From Vulcanimicrobiota bacterium (GTDB taxonomy: Bacteria; Vulcanimicrobiota; Xenobia; Xenobiales; JADMJV01), in assembly GCA_050250895.1 (NCBI GenBank), contig JBFWNU010000013.1:30462-94461 (forward strand): DNA of 64,000 nt, written 5' to 3'. The notes below the pieces were generated by a model. It was not told where the DNA came from. It made no database searches and was given only the letters and a program-made list of their open reading frames with translations. Positions 28,746 to 38,410 of this stretch are shown piece after piece; within the stretch, counting starts at the first letter, position 1; every line of letters begins with the position of its first letter. A program made the translations under genes and the position numbers.

Positions 28746-30386
28746 ATGCTCACGGCCTTCACCCCGCTCTTGCTGATGGGGCTTGGTCTGGTCGTGTTGG
28801 CCTGGTGGACGGGGCTACGCCCGGCCGAAGAGGCTATCTTAAAAGACGCCGAACAGCATCAGCAGCGCCTGGTCGACGCGGCCTCTGAATTCGTGGAAGG
28901 ACGACGCCACCTGCTCGAAATCCTGGCGCGCCGCCCGGAACTGGCCAGGGGCACCCCCGAAAGCGCCCTGCCCATTCTGCGCCAGGAAGAGCTTGCCCTT
29001 AAGGGATTGTTCGAAGGCCTCTACTTCGACAGCCTGGATGGCACCGTGTATTCCGCCCAGGGCAAGCCCTTCTCGGTGGCCGACCGTCCCTATTTCGCAC
29101 GTGTGCTCAAAGGCCTGGCAGTCAACGAAGTGCTGGTGAGCCGGGCGACGAGACGCCCGGTTCTGCTCGAAGTGGTGCCCGTCACCTCGAACGGCAAACT
29201 GGTAGCGGCCCTGGCCGGGACCGTGGTGCTGGACGACTTTCTCGAGAAACTCTCGGCCGAATCGGGCCTGGGTGAACTCAAGCTGGGGCTGGTGACTCCC
29301 GAGCAGGTTCTTGCCGGGCCGGCCATCTTCCAGCAGTTGAAGGGAAACGGCCGCCAGGAACTCGCCACCGAAGACGGTGTCATGCTCGCCTGGTCGTCAC
29401 CGGTTCCCGAGGTGGCCTGGCGAGTCGTGGTCGCGGTTCCGCAACAGGCGCTGCTGGGCCGAGTTCGCAACCTCTGGCTGGGGTTTGTCGTCTGCGCCGC
29501 GCTGGCCTTTTTGTTGGCTGGCACCATGGCCTGGAGAATGCAGCAGGTCATGGTGGGGCCGATCGAAGAGATCACGGCTTCACTGGGAACCTACCAAGGC
29601 AAAGGCGAACTTGCCCTGCCTGAGGTGGGCCCACCCGAACTAGCCAATCTGGCGGGCACCCTCAACCAGATGTCGTCGCGGGTCGAGTCCGAGACCGCTC
29701 GCCGAGTCGAAGTCGAACATCAACTGGCCGCTCTGGCCCAACAAGAAAGTCTCGGCCGACTGGCCGGCTCGATCGCCCACGATTTCGGCAACCTGCTTTC
29801 GGGCATCCTCAATCTGGCCGGGTTAGCCCTCGAAGAGGCCCATGGCTCGGCGAGCAAAGATCTGGAAACCATCGTGACCGCTTGCGAACAGGGCGAGGCC
29901 CTGGTCAGGCAACTCAGGGAGTACGCGCGACCTCAGCCAGCTAGCGAAGAGGCTTTCGAGTTCGACCGCCTGCTGGCCGGCTGGCAACCAAACCTGGCTG
30001 CCCTGCTGCCCGACTCGGTCGAGTTCACCCTCGAGACCGGGGCCGGCCCGGCCAGGGTCAAGACCGAGCCCAACCGACTCTTTCAAGCCGTGCTCAATCT
30101 GTGCAGCAACGCCCGTGATGCCATGCCCGAAGGTGGCAAGCTCAACCTGAGGTCGAGCGCGGATCGTGAGACGGTCAGACTGAGCGTGTCGGACACAGGT
30201 CCGGGGGTCGCGGTCGAAAATCGGGAGAGAATCTTCGAGCCCTTCTTCACCACCCGGGCCAAGAAGGGCGGCACGGGCCTGGGCCTGGCCACCTGTAAGC
30301 GTATCATCACGGCCCACGGAGGAGTCATTCACGTCGAAGAAGGGCCAGGAACGACCTTTACGGTCTGTCTGCCGCGGGCGGAGTGA
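28746..30386 (+). CDS. Membrane sensor histidine kinase (Cache-like, HAMP, HisKA, HATPase)
   Basis: Two TMs, DRPYF Cache motif, AHDFGNLL H-box, NLCSNARDA, DTGPG, FEPFFTT, GTGLGL. Confidence 0.92.
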   Translation: MLTAFTPLLLMGLGLVVLAWWTGLRPAEEAILKDAEQHQQRLVDAASEFVEGRRHLLEILARRPELARGTPESALPILRQEELALKGLFEGLYFDSLDGTVYSAQGKPFSVADRPYFARVLKGLAVNEVLVSRATRRPVLLEVVPVTSNGKLVAALAGTVVLDDFLEKLSAESGLGELKLGLVTPEQVLAGPAIFQQLKGNGRQELATEDGVMLAWSSPVPEVAWRVVVAVPQQALLGRVRNLWLGFVVCAALAFLLAGTMAWRMQQVMVGPIEEITASLGTYQGKGELALPEVGPPELANLAGTLNQMSSRVESETARRVEVEHQLAALAQQESLGRLAGSIAHDFGNLLSGILNLAGLALEEAHGSASKDLETIVTACEQGEALVRQLREYARPQPASEEAFEFDRLLAGWQPNLAALLPDSVEFTLETGAGPARVKTEPNRLFQAVLNLCSNARDAMPEGGKLNLRSSADRETVRLSVSDTGPGVAVENRERIFEPFFTTRAKKGGTGLGLATCKRIITAHGGVIHVEEGPGTTFTVCLPRAE

Positions 30387-31132
30387 GCATGGATACGGTC
30401 CTGATGCTACATAGCGGTGGCCTGACTGGACGCCAATGGCGCCGGGTCGCGTCGTTTCTCGAGGGCTATCGACTGTTGACTCCCGACTTTTTGGGCTGCG
30501 GGCAAAACCCGCCCTGGCCCGCTGAGCAAGAGTTTCATTTCGAGCTGGATCTGGCCGCCCTCGAGCCTTTGCTTGACCGGCCGCTTCACCTGGTGGGCCA
30601 TTCTTACGGCGGCTTTCTGGCTCTACAGCTAGCTCGCCGCCATCCCGAACTGGGGCTGAGTCTGAGCCTGTATGATCCGGTGGCATTCGGGGTCTTGCAC
30701 AGCACGGCCGACCCCGAAGGTCTGGCCGATCTCGAGCGGGTGGCCAGCCAACCTCTTTTCGGCGACCTCGAGCGGGGTGGCGGCCCCGAGTGGCTGGAGC
30801 TGTTCGTCGACTACTGGAATGGTCCGGGCGGCTGGCAAGCCATGGCCGAGCCAGCCCGCCAGGCCTTTCTCGAGGTGGGCCGCAAGGTATTCTTCGAGGT
30901 GCGTTCCCTGTCGGCCGATCGCACCGGACTGGCCGATTATGCCAACCTGACCATGCCGGTGTTGCTCATGACGGGCGAGCAGACCCCTGCTTCGGCGCGG
31001 CGGGTGTGCGCCTTGCTGGCCGATTCTCTGCCCCGCGCTCGCCATCTGGTCATCGAGGGCGCCGGCCACATGGGCCCCATCACCCACGCCGAGGCGGTGG
31101 GCCGGGCCATCGCCAGTCAGCTGAGCGGATAG
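30383..31132 (+). CDS. Alpha/beta hydrolase
   Basis: GHSYGG nucleophile elbow, GAGHMGP catalytic His. Confidence 0.9.
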   Translation: MSMDTVLMLHSGGLTGRQWRRVASFLEGYRLLTPDFLGCGQNPPWPAEQEFHFELDLAALEPLLDRPLHLVGHSYGGFLALQLARRHPELGLSLSLYDPVAFGVLHSTADPEGLADLERVASQPLFGDLERGGGPEWLELFVDYWNGPGGWQAMAEPARQAFLEVGRKVFFEVRSLSADRTGLADYANLTMPVLLMTGEQTPASARRVCALLADSLPRARHLVIEGAGHMGPITHAEAVGRAIASQLSG

Positions 31133-32442
31133 GCTTCGAGCCACTGCTCGATCAGCTGGTCGCGACCGCGCTCCAGGGCCTTATCGATCTTGGCCAGACC
31201 GTTAGCCATCATCAGCATCGAGAATCCCCCCGCCGCTGCAGCCAAAAAGCCCAGCGGACTAAATGCTCCCACCGCCAGACCGGTCAAGGCCATTCCACCA
31301 GCCGCCTTCATCTTGGTGCGATGCCAGTCCCAGTCGATCAGGCTCAGGTCATAATCGGCCGCTCTCAATACCTGCGAGACCTGCAGGCACACAGCCTGGC
31401 GCAGGGGGTCCAGCTCGTCCTCGTTGAGGCCAAAGCCGGTCAGATCGGTGCGGATATGATCAGCGTTGGCCAGGACATTGAGCGAGACGGTAGACTTCGT
31501 TAAAGCGAATTCCTCTTGCTGGACCACGACCCCCCGACGAATCCACGACAGGCAAGAAGCCGTCGGGAAAGATTCCCAGTTGCTGTTCCTCCCGGACGAC
31601 ACCAAATCGGCGTGGGCGCTGACCAGGACCGCCGCCGTGGGCTTCATCCCATTCGGGACGGTGGTCCGAAACGATCCCGAGAGCTTCTGCAGCTCTTGCT
31701 GGGCCGGCTGGGCCACCCTCAATCCGGTCTCGGTCGCCGGAGGGATGGCCAGTGGCATCTGGCCAGGCACTTGCAACCAGTGCAGAGACAGCGGGTGATT
31801 GCGGGCCGTAAATCCGTGCGTCGCCGAGAACTGGAAGCCGTCGACGCGCCGCGAGTCCACTCGCAACTCCAGCGGCATGGTGAACAACGAAGCCCCGATC
31901 ACCTTTAGCAGCGAGGCGTTGTAGAGAGCCGCCTGAACATCGCGCAGCAGGGGCAGCCCCTTGCCCTCGCTGACGGTTCGGTGCGAGACATCGATGGTCA
32001 GTCTGGGGCCGGTGGCCCCCTCCACCCGGGCCAATCCGAATCCATCCCAGTAGAGCGCCGCCGACTGCCCCGGTAGACTCAAGCGAAAAGGGCGATGGTG
32101 GCCGATGCCCACCGACCAGAGCCCCGCTCGGAGCAGGTCCAGGCCTTCGTCGGCGCACGGTGACGGGTCGAAGAAGCTGCTCTCGAACTCGTCGTTGGTC
32201 CAGCACCGGCGGGGATCGAGGCTGATCTCGGTCTCGCTGCGCCCTTGCTTGAGGTCGAGATAGTGGCTGTCCAACACCGTGGCCGCTTGGGCCAACTTCA
32301 GGATCCAGGCCTCGGGATAGGGCAACCCGAACCGGGCAATCTTCTCGAGGGCCTTCTCGCGATGCATCGTAAAGCGGCCCGGAAAGACAGCTTCTCCCCC
32401 TTGATACTGCTGCTGCAGCAATCGCTCGAGCGGTGACGACAT
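31117..32442 (-). CDS. Hsp90/HtpG-like-fold family protein with C-terminal membrane hairpin
   Basis: GRFTMHREKALEKIARFGLP..ILKLAQAA, IRTDLTGFGL; Gly/Ala-rich hydrophobic C-terminal segment. Confidence 0.65.
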   Translation of the reverse strand: MSSPLERLLQQQYQGGEAVFPGRFTMHREKALEKIARFGLPYPEAWILKLAQAATVLDSHYLDLKQGRSETEISLDPRRCWTNDEFESSFFDPSPCADEGLDLLRAGLWSVGIGHHRPFRLSLPGQSAALYWDGFGLARVEGATGPRLTIDVSHRTVSEGKGLPLLRDVQAALYNASLLKVIGASLFTMPLELRVDSRRVDGFQFSATHGFTARNHPLSLHWLQVPGQMPLAIPPATETGLRVAQPAQQELQKLSGSFRTTVPNGMKPTAAVLVSAHADLVSSGRNSNWESFPTASCLSWIRRGVVVQQEEFALTKSTVSLNVLANADHIRTDLTGFGLNEDELDPLRQAVCLQVSQVLRAADYDLSLIDWDWHRTKMKAAGGMALTGLAVGAFSPLGFLAAAAGGFSMLMMANGLAKIDKALERGRDQLIEQWLEAYPLS

Positions 32443-32564
32443 GGTGCCGTTTTTCGCGGCCGAGGGTTTTCAGTCCCGCGACTATGCTCGGCCTCATTCT
32501 CGAACACCCTTTCGAGTCGCCCAAAATCGGCCGGAATTCCCCATAAAATCGGGCGTTCCGCTTA

Positions 32565-32594
32565 TTGCCAAGAGGCCCCGAAGTTGTCTATAAT
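32565..32594 (+). promoter_or_regulatory. Sigma70-type promoter
   Basis: TTGCCA-N18-TATAAT upstream of the acidic protein. Confidence 0.55.
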
Positions 32595-32750
32595 GATCGA
32601 GCCGGGATCTCCCGGCCGAGCCAACCGACCGCCTACTCTAGTTCCTTTTTGACCACTCAAACCGACTCCTGGCTACTGCATTGCCTGCAACCAGCCACGA
32701 CCACAACTTAGAGAACCTACTACACTGAAAAAAATTCAAGGAGAAATGGA

Positions 32751-33407
32751 TTGTCTGAAGAGCTGAACGAAGTCAACGCCAGCGACGAAGCCGAAGTGGC
32801 CGAAGCCACTGAAGAGACCGAGGTAGCCGAAGAAGTCGAGGTAGCTGAAGAAGCCGAGGCGAGTGAAGAGGCCGAGGCCGCCGAAGAGGCGGAGGCCGCA
32901 GAAGAGGTAGCCGAAGAAGCCGAGGCCACCGAAGAAGCCGAGGCCACCGAAGAAGCCGAGGCCACCGAAGAAGCCGAGGCCGCCGAAGAAGCCGAGGCCG
33001 CCGAAGAGGCGGAGGCCGCAGAAGAGGTAGCCGAAGAAGCCGAGGCCACCGAAGAAGCCGAGGCCGCCGAAGAGGCGGAGGCCGCAGAAGAGGTAGCCGA
33101 AGAAGCCGAGGCCACCGAAGAGGCGGAGGCCGCTGAAGAGGTAGCCGAAGAAGCCGAGGCCGCCGAAGAGGCGGAGGCCGCTGAAGAGGTAGCCGAAGAA
33201 GCCGAGGCCACCGAAGAGGCGGAGGCCGCTGAAGAGGTAGCCGAAGAAGCCGAGGCCACCGAAGAGGCGGAGGCCGCTGAAGAGGTAGCCGAAGAAGCCG
33301 AGGCCACCGAAGAGGCGGAGGCCGCTGAAGAGGTAGCCGAACTCGAGAAGAAACCGGCCCACGAGGTTGCCGAGGACGACGAAGGCGAAGCCGAAGAGGC
33401 TGCCTAA
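32751..33407 (+). CDS. Extremely acidic Glu/Ala low-complexity repeat protein
   Basis: AAGGAG RBS 7 nt before TTG; tandem EEAEA(T/A)/EEVA repeats. Confidence 0.7.
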   Translation: MSEELNEVNASDEAEVAEATEETEVAEEVEVAEEAEASEEAEAAEEAEAAEEVAEEAEATEEAEATEEAEATEEAEAAEEAEAAEEAEAAEEVAEEAEATEEAEAAEEAEAAEEVAEEAEATEEAEAAEEVAEEAEAAEEAEAAEEVAEEAEATEEAEAAEEVAEEAEATEEAEAAEEVAEEAEATEEAEAAEEVAELEKKPAHEVAEDDEGEAEEAA

Positions 33408-33478
33408 TCGAGGCGAGGGCGGCCGAGCCGCCCTCGTCTGGCCAGGGGCCCGGGCCCAAGTTGCGAATTCCCACGAGT

Positions 33479-33832
33479 ATGACGCTTTCATACTCGTGGG
33501 AATCGGTCGAGTATTCTGACCGTCATCCCCTTTGGGGCGGCGACCAGATCACCGTGCATTCGGATGGCCGGGTGGAAATTCTCCAGGCTCCGCCAGGCAA
33601 CGTGCAAGAGCGGCGGTTCGAGTTTCGCCTGGAGCAGCCCGTGCCGGCCCTTGAGGTCGGCAGCGGGGTGTTCATGCCAGCGCTACTCCCGCCCGACTCG
33701 ACCATCCTCCAGCTGACCTTCGTGACCGCCGACGGTCCGCAGCACACCCGATGGTATGAGCACGCGACCGACCTGCCGGGCTGGCTGGTCGAGGCCCGGC
33801 GCTGGCTCAAATCGCTGATCCCCAAGAGCTGA
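33479..33832 (+). CDS. Hypothetical protein
   Basis: ~117-aa ORF with plausible composition (ITVHSDGRV). Confidence 0.5.
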   Translation: MTLSYSWESVEYSDRHPLWGGDQITVHSDGRVEILQAPPGNVQERRFEFRLEQPVPALEVGSGVFMPALLPPDSTILQLTFVTADGPQHTRWYEHATDLPGWLVEARRWLKSLIPKS

Positions 33833-35640
33833 CCGGGTTCACCCCGCGATTCTCGGTGTGAAGTGGCCAAATCGAGGTTCACCCCGCGATTCTCGGGGTG
33901 AAGTGCCCAAATCGGGGTTCACCCCGCGATTTCTCGGTGTGAAGTGCCGAAATCGGGGTTCACCCCGCGATTCTCGGGGTGAAGCGGCCAAAAGCGGGTT
34001 CACCCCGCGATTTCTCGGTGTGAAGCGACCAAAAGCGGGTTCACCCCGCGATTCTCGGGGTGAAGTGCCCAAAAGCGGGTTCACCCCGCGACTTCTCGGT
34101 GTGAAGCGGCCAAATCGAGGTTCACCCCGCGATTCTCGGTGTGAAGGGCCCCAGCCCCGAGAAGCCCCCCGATTTCGCCGCCGAAAGCCACCGAAGCCGG
34201 GTTCGCCGCCGAGAATAAGCCCGCCCGCGGCCCGTCGCCGCTCGACCCGACTTCCGTGTGGAAGTGGGCTCCCCCCGATTTCGCCGCCGAAAGCCACCGA
34301 AGCCGGGTTCGCCGCCGAGAATAAGCCCGCCCGCGGCCGTCGCCGCTCGACCCGACTTCCGTGCGGAAGTGGGCTCACGCCGCGATTTCGCCGCCGAAAG
34401 CCACCGAAGCCGGGTTCGCCGCCGAGAATAAGCCCGCCCGCGGCCGTCGCCGCTCGACCCGACTTCCGTGTGGAAGTGGGCTCCCCCCGATTTCGCCGCC
34501 GAAAGCCACCGAAGCCGGGTTCGCCGCCGAGAATAAGCCCGCCCGCGGCCGTCGCCGCTCGACCCGACTTCCGTGCGGAAGTGGGCTCACGCCGCGATTT
34601 CGCCGCCAAGAGCGACCGAAGCCGGGTTCGACGCCGAGAATAAGCCCGCCCGCGGCCGTCGCCGCTCGACCCGACTTCCGTGCGGAAGTCGGCTCCCCCG
34701 AGATTACGCCGCCAAGAGCGACCAAAAGCGGGTTCACCCCGCGATTTCTCGGTGTGAAGCGGCCAAATCGAGGTTCACCCCGCGATTCTCGGTGTGAAGG
34801 GCCCCAGCCCCGAGAAGCCCCCCGATTTCGCCGCCGAAAGCCACCGAAGCCGGGTTCGCCGCCGAGAATAAGCCCGCCCGCGGCCGTCGCCGCTCGACCC
34901 GACTTCCGTGCGGAAGTGGGCTCACGCCGCGATTTCGCCGCCAAGAGCGACCGAAGCCGGGTTCGACGCCGAGAATAAGCCCGCCCGCGGCCGTCGCCGC
35001 TCGACCCGACGTCCGTGCGGAAGTGGGCTCACGCCGCGATTTCGCCGCTCGACCCGACGTCCGTGCGGAAGTGGGCTCACGCCGCGATTTCGCCGCTCGA
35101 CCCGACTCCCGTGCGGAAGTCGGCTCCCCCGAGATTACGCCGCCAAGAGCGACCGAAGCCGCGTTCGCGGCCGAGAATAAGCCCGCCCGCGGCCGTCGCC
35201 GCCGAGTAGTTCCAGCTGGAGACCGACGAAGTCCGACCCGTCGCCGCTCGGTCCGACTCCCGTGCGGAAGTGGGCTCCCCCGCGATCTCGCCGCCAAGAG
35301 CGACCAAAGCCGGGTTCACCCCGCGATTCTCGGTGTGAAGTGCCCAAAAGCGGGTTCACCCCGCGATTCTCGGTGTGAAGTGCCCAAATCGTGGTTCACC
35401 CCGCGATTTCTCGGGGTGAAGTGCCCAAAAGCGGGTTCACCCCGCGATTTCTCGGGGTGAAGTGCCCAAAAGCGGGTTCACCCCGCGATTCTCGGTGTGA
35501 AGTGCCTCAGCCCCGAGAAGCCCCGCGATTTCGCCGCCGAGAATAAGCCCGCCCGCGGCCCGTCGCCGCTCGACCCGACTTCCGTGCGGAAGTGGGCTCC
35601 CCCGCGAGTTCGCCGCCAAGAGCGGCCCCCCGCCGCGGGC
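33833..35640. repeat. Mosaic REP/BIME-like array: ~39-40-bp palindromic units interleaved with ~106-bp units
   Basis: TTCACCCCG-CGATT(T)CT-CGG(G/T)GTGAA hairpin units; GAGAATAAG at 34211, 34317, 34424, 34529, 34636; ACTTCCGTGCGGAAGT palindrome. Confidence 0.88.
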
Positions 35641-35731
35641 CGGTTAGCAGGATGGCCCAAAGAGCCGGGGGAAACGGCTTGGTGATGACGCTGTTTTCCG
35701 AGGCCCTCTGAGAGAGCTGTGGCCATGGCTT

Positions 35732-37381
35732 TTGGTAGTGGCCGGCGCGGCGGCGTTGCTGCTGCGGCCTTCGGCTGGTTTGCAGCCGACCCATGTGGCC
35801 CTGGCCCTGGCGGTGGTGGCCACCGATCTGGCGTTCTTGCTGGCCGGCACCCACCGCTTTTCGCGGGTTGCGCCGGGGTTGTCGCTGGCCGCGCTATACC
35901 TGGGCCCGGCGGCCGGGGCGGCGGCGTGGGTGGGATTGCTGGTGGGCAGTCTGGTGCTGCTCTTGCAGGTCGGCACCAAGGGGCTGGGCGACTGCGCCCG
36001 CGGGCTGATCCCGCCGTTGGCCGCCTTTCTGGTGGCCACCACGGCCGCTCCCGGCAAGCTGCTGGTGGCCTTCGAGGTCTATCTGGTGCTGGCTCTGCTG
36101 TTGCCCACCCACAGTCCGGTCTTTCGTAACGACTTTCTGGTCTTGCTGGCCACTCCCGGACTGGCTCTGGCGCTGGGCCCGGCCCTGGCCGAGCGCAACC
36201 CGATGATGTTGGCCATCGTGCCTTTAGCCATGGCCGCGGGATGTTTGCGAGAAGACGGCTTCGACTCGCTGCGGCGGCTGCGGGCCTCGGTGGACCGACT
36301 GCGCTCGCAACGCCAGGCTTTGCAAGAAACCCGGGGGGAGTTACGCCAGGCCAGGGCGGTGGCCCGCCAGGCCACCGTCGAACGCCAACGCCTGGAACGG
36401 CTGCTAGAAGCCGCCACCCGCATGGCCGCCGTGTTGGATGAAGGCGAGATTCGGCGGGCCTTCGAGGCCAGTTTGCCGGGCTTGCTGCCGGGGGTTCGGG
36501 TGGTCTGGGGCGGCAGCGGCGGGGTGAGTCTGGATGGCGGCAGCCTGCTGGCCGACCAATGGCCGGGCGAGTCGCGCCAGCTGGCCGATGTGCTGGCCGG
36601 GATGCTGGCCGTCAGCCTCGACAAAGCTCGCCTGCACCAACAGGTGGTCGAGGCTCTCGAAGAGACCCATCGCTCGCAGGCCCAGATGCTGGCCAACAGC
36701 CGACTGGCTGCCATCGGCCGCCTGGCGGCCGGAGTGGCCCACGAGCTGAATACTCCCCTGGCCGCCATTCGACTGGCAGCCGAGTATATCGATATGGTGG
36801 TGGATTCGCAGTCCCGCGAGAAGGTCAATCCGCGCCTGGAGTTGATCACGCGCTCGGTGGACAAGTCGCAACAGACGGTGGCTCGCTTGCGCTCCTATGC
36901 CCGCCCCGAGCAGAGCGAGCAGCCAGACCAGGAGTTCGTCGTGGCCGAGGTGATCGAAGACGCTCTGACCATGCTCGACCACCGCCGCAGCCAGGTGGGG
37001 GTCGAACTGACCACCGAACTCGATGCCGAGGCGCGCCTGGTGGGCCAGCCGGTCGAGTTCTATAGCCTGGTCAGCAACCTGGTGCTCAATGCCTGTGACG
37101 CCCTCATCGACCAACCCCGGCGCGTGGTGCGAGTCGAGCTGCGGCAGACCGGGGGCGCGCTCGAGCTGGTGGTGGAAGACAGCGGTCCGGGGGTCGAGCC
37201 CGAACTCGCGCCCCATGTGTTCGAGCCGTTCTTCACCACCAAGGCCCTGGGGGCGGGCACCGGCCTGGGCTTGTATCTCGGCCGGCAGGCCGCCGAGGCC
37301 CACGGTGGCAGCCTCGAGCTCGAACCGGGTCAACTGGGTGGAGCCCGCTTCGTGGCTCGTTGGCCTAGCTCAGAGCGATGA
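35732..37381 (+). CDS. Membrane sensor histidine kinase
   Basis: Multi-TM N-terminus, AHELNTPL H-box, NLVLNACDA, DSGPG, FEPFFTTK, GTGLGL; start uncertain. Confidence 0.9.
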   Translation: MVVAGAAALLLRPSAGLQPTHVALALAVVATDLAFLLAGTHRFSRVAPGLSLAALYLGPAAGAAAWVGLLVGSLVLLLQVGTKGLGDCARGLIPPLAAFLVATTAAPGKLLVAFEVYLVLALLLPTHSPVFRNDFLVLLATPGLALALGPALAERNPMMLAIVPLAMAAGCLREDGFDSLRRLRASVDRLRSQRQALQETRGELRQARAVARQATVERQRLERLLEAATRMAAVLDEGEIRRAFEASLPGLLPGVRVVWGGSGGVSLDGGSLLADQWPGESRQLADVLAGMLAVSLDKARLHQQVVEALEETHRSQAQMLANSRLAAIGRLAAGVAHELNTPLAAIRLAAEYIDMVVDSQSREKVNPRLELITRSVDKSQQTVARLRSYARPEQSEQPDQEFVVAEVIEDALTMLDHRRSQVGVELTTELDAEARLVGQPVEFYSLVSNLVLNACDALIDQPRRVVRVELRQTGGALELVVEDSGPGVEPELAPHVFEPFFTTKALGAGTGLGLYLGRQAAEAHGGSLELEPGQLGGARFVARWPSSER

Positions 37382-38396
37382 CCTGGTAGATCGGCAACAG
37401 ACAGGCCAGCACCACCAGACCGACGCCGCCTCCTAGAAAGAGCATCATGGCTGGCTCGACCAGGGCGATCAGGCGCTGGCTGCGCAGGCTGATCTCTTCA
37501 TCCAGGATGGAGGCTCCGGCCTGCAAGAGGCGAGGCAGACGACCGCTCTCCTGACCCACGATCATGGCCTGGGCGAACATGGGCGTGAAGCCGTCCAGGC
37601 AATTGACCAGTTCTTCGCCGTTGCGCAGACCCTGGGCCGAGCTGGCCAGCGAACTGCCCAGGCCACGATGTCCACACGAAAGGGCCACCGCCTCCAGGGC
37701 ATCCACCAGGGGAACGCCAGCCTCGCTGGCCAACGAAAGGTCTTTGCAGATTCGGGCCAGGGCATCACAGCGCAACAGCTCTCCTACCTGAGGCAGGCGG
37801 TCGAGCACGGCCTCGCGGGTCTTGATAAACGACGACGGCTCGAGGCGGGCCCAGACCAGGCCGGCCAGCACCGGAGCCAGAGCCAGGCCGACCAGGACGA
37901 AGCGACCCTGGTAAAGGCCCATCAGCAGGCGAGTCGGCCAGGGCGGGGTGACTCCGAAGCCGGTGACCACCTCGAGAATCCGCGGCAAAAAAAGCCACAC
38001 CAACAGGCCGCAGATCAGGGTCGAGACGAGGGCCACGCCGATGGGATAGCTCAGGGCGGCGCGCAACTCGCGCTGGCGCCGGTCGTTGTCTTGAGCCCGG
38101 CGGGCCAGCTGCTCGAGGGACTGCACCAGGGCTCCGGTTCGCTCGGCCAGGCGAAGATAGCCCAACGACCAGCGGTCGAACTCGTTGGGATAGGCCGAAA
38201 AGGCGGCGGCCAGGCCGAAGCCGCGCTGAAAGCGGCCGAGCAACCCCCGGGCCAGGCTCGAGAACGCCTCGCCCGATTCGCCCAGAATCTCGAGACCCTC
38301 CTGCAAAGTCAGGCCGGCTCCCACCAGCACGCTCAACTGGGTGAGAAAATCGCGCAGGGCCTCGCGGTCAAGTTGTGGAGCCTGTTCCGGTTGCAT
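37365..38396 (-). CDS. Type II secretion F / PilC family platform protein
   Basis: QLSVLVGAGL, AERTGAL, ALSYP, GQESGRL, LVEP..LLPIY. Confidence 0.9.
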   Translation of the reverse strand: MQPEQAPQLDREALRDFLTQLSVLVGAGLTLQEGLEILGESGEAFSSLARGLLGRFQRGFGLAAAFSAYPNEFDRWSLGYLRLAERTGALVQSLEQLARRAQDNDRRQRELRAALSYPIGVALVSTLICGLLVWLFLPRILEVVTGFGVTPPWPTRLLMGLYQGRFVLVGLALAPVLAGLVWARLEPSSFIKTREAVLDRLPQVGELLRCDALARICKDLSLASEAGVPLVDALEAVALSCGHRGLGSSLASSAQGLRNGEELVNCLDGFTPMFAQAMIVGQESGRLPRLLQAGASILDEEISLRSQRLIALVEPAMMLFLGGGVGLVVLACLLPIYQVIALS

Positions 38397-38410
38397 GCTA
38401 TAATTCCACC

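Noticed and set aside
32720-33491. Minus-strand Ser/Ala, Gly/Phe and Arg/Leu/Pro repeat ORFs
   Set aside because: Antisense shadows of the Glu/Ala gene, which has the promoter and RBS
33839-35726. ORFs over the palindromic mosaic, and the idea that it is a second CRISPR array
   Set aside because: Units abut with no unique spacers and vary in length; the ORFs are repeat artefacts
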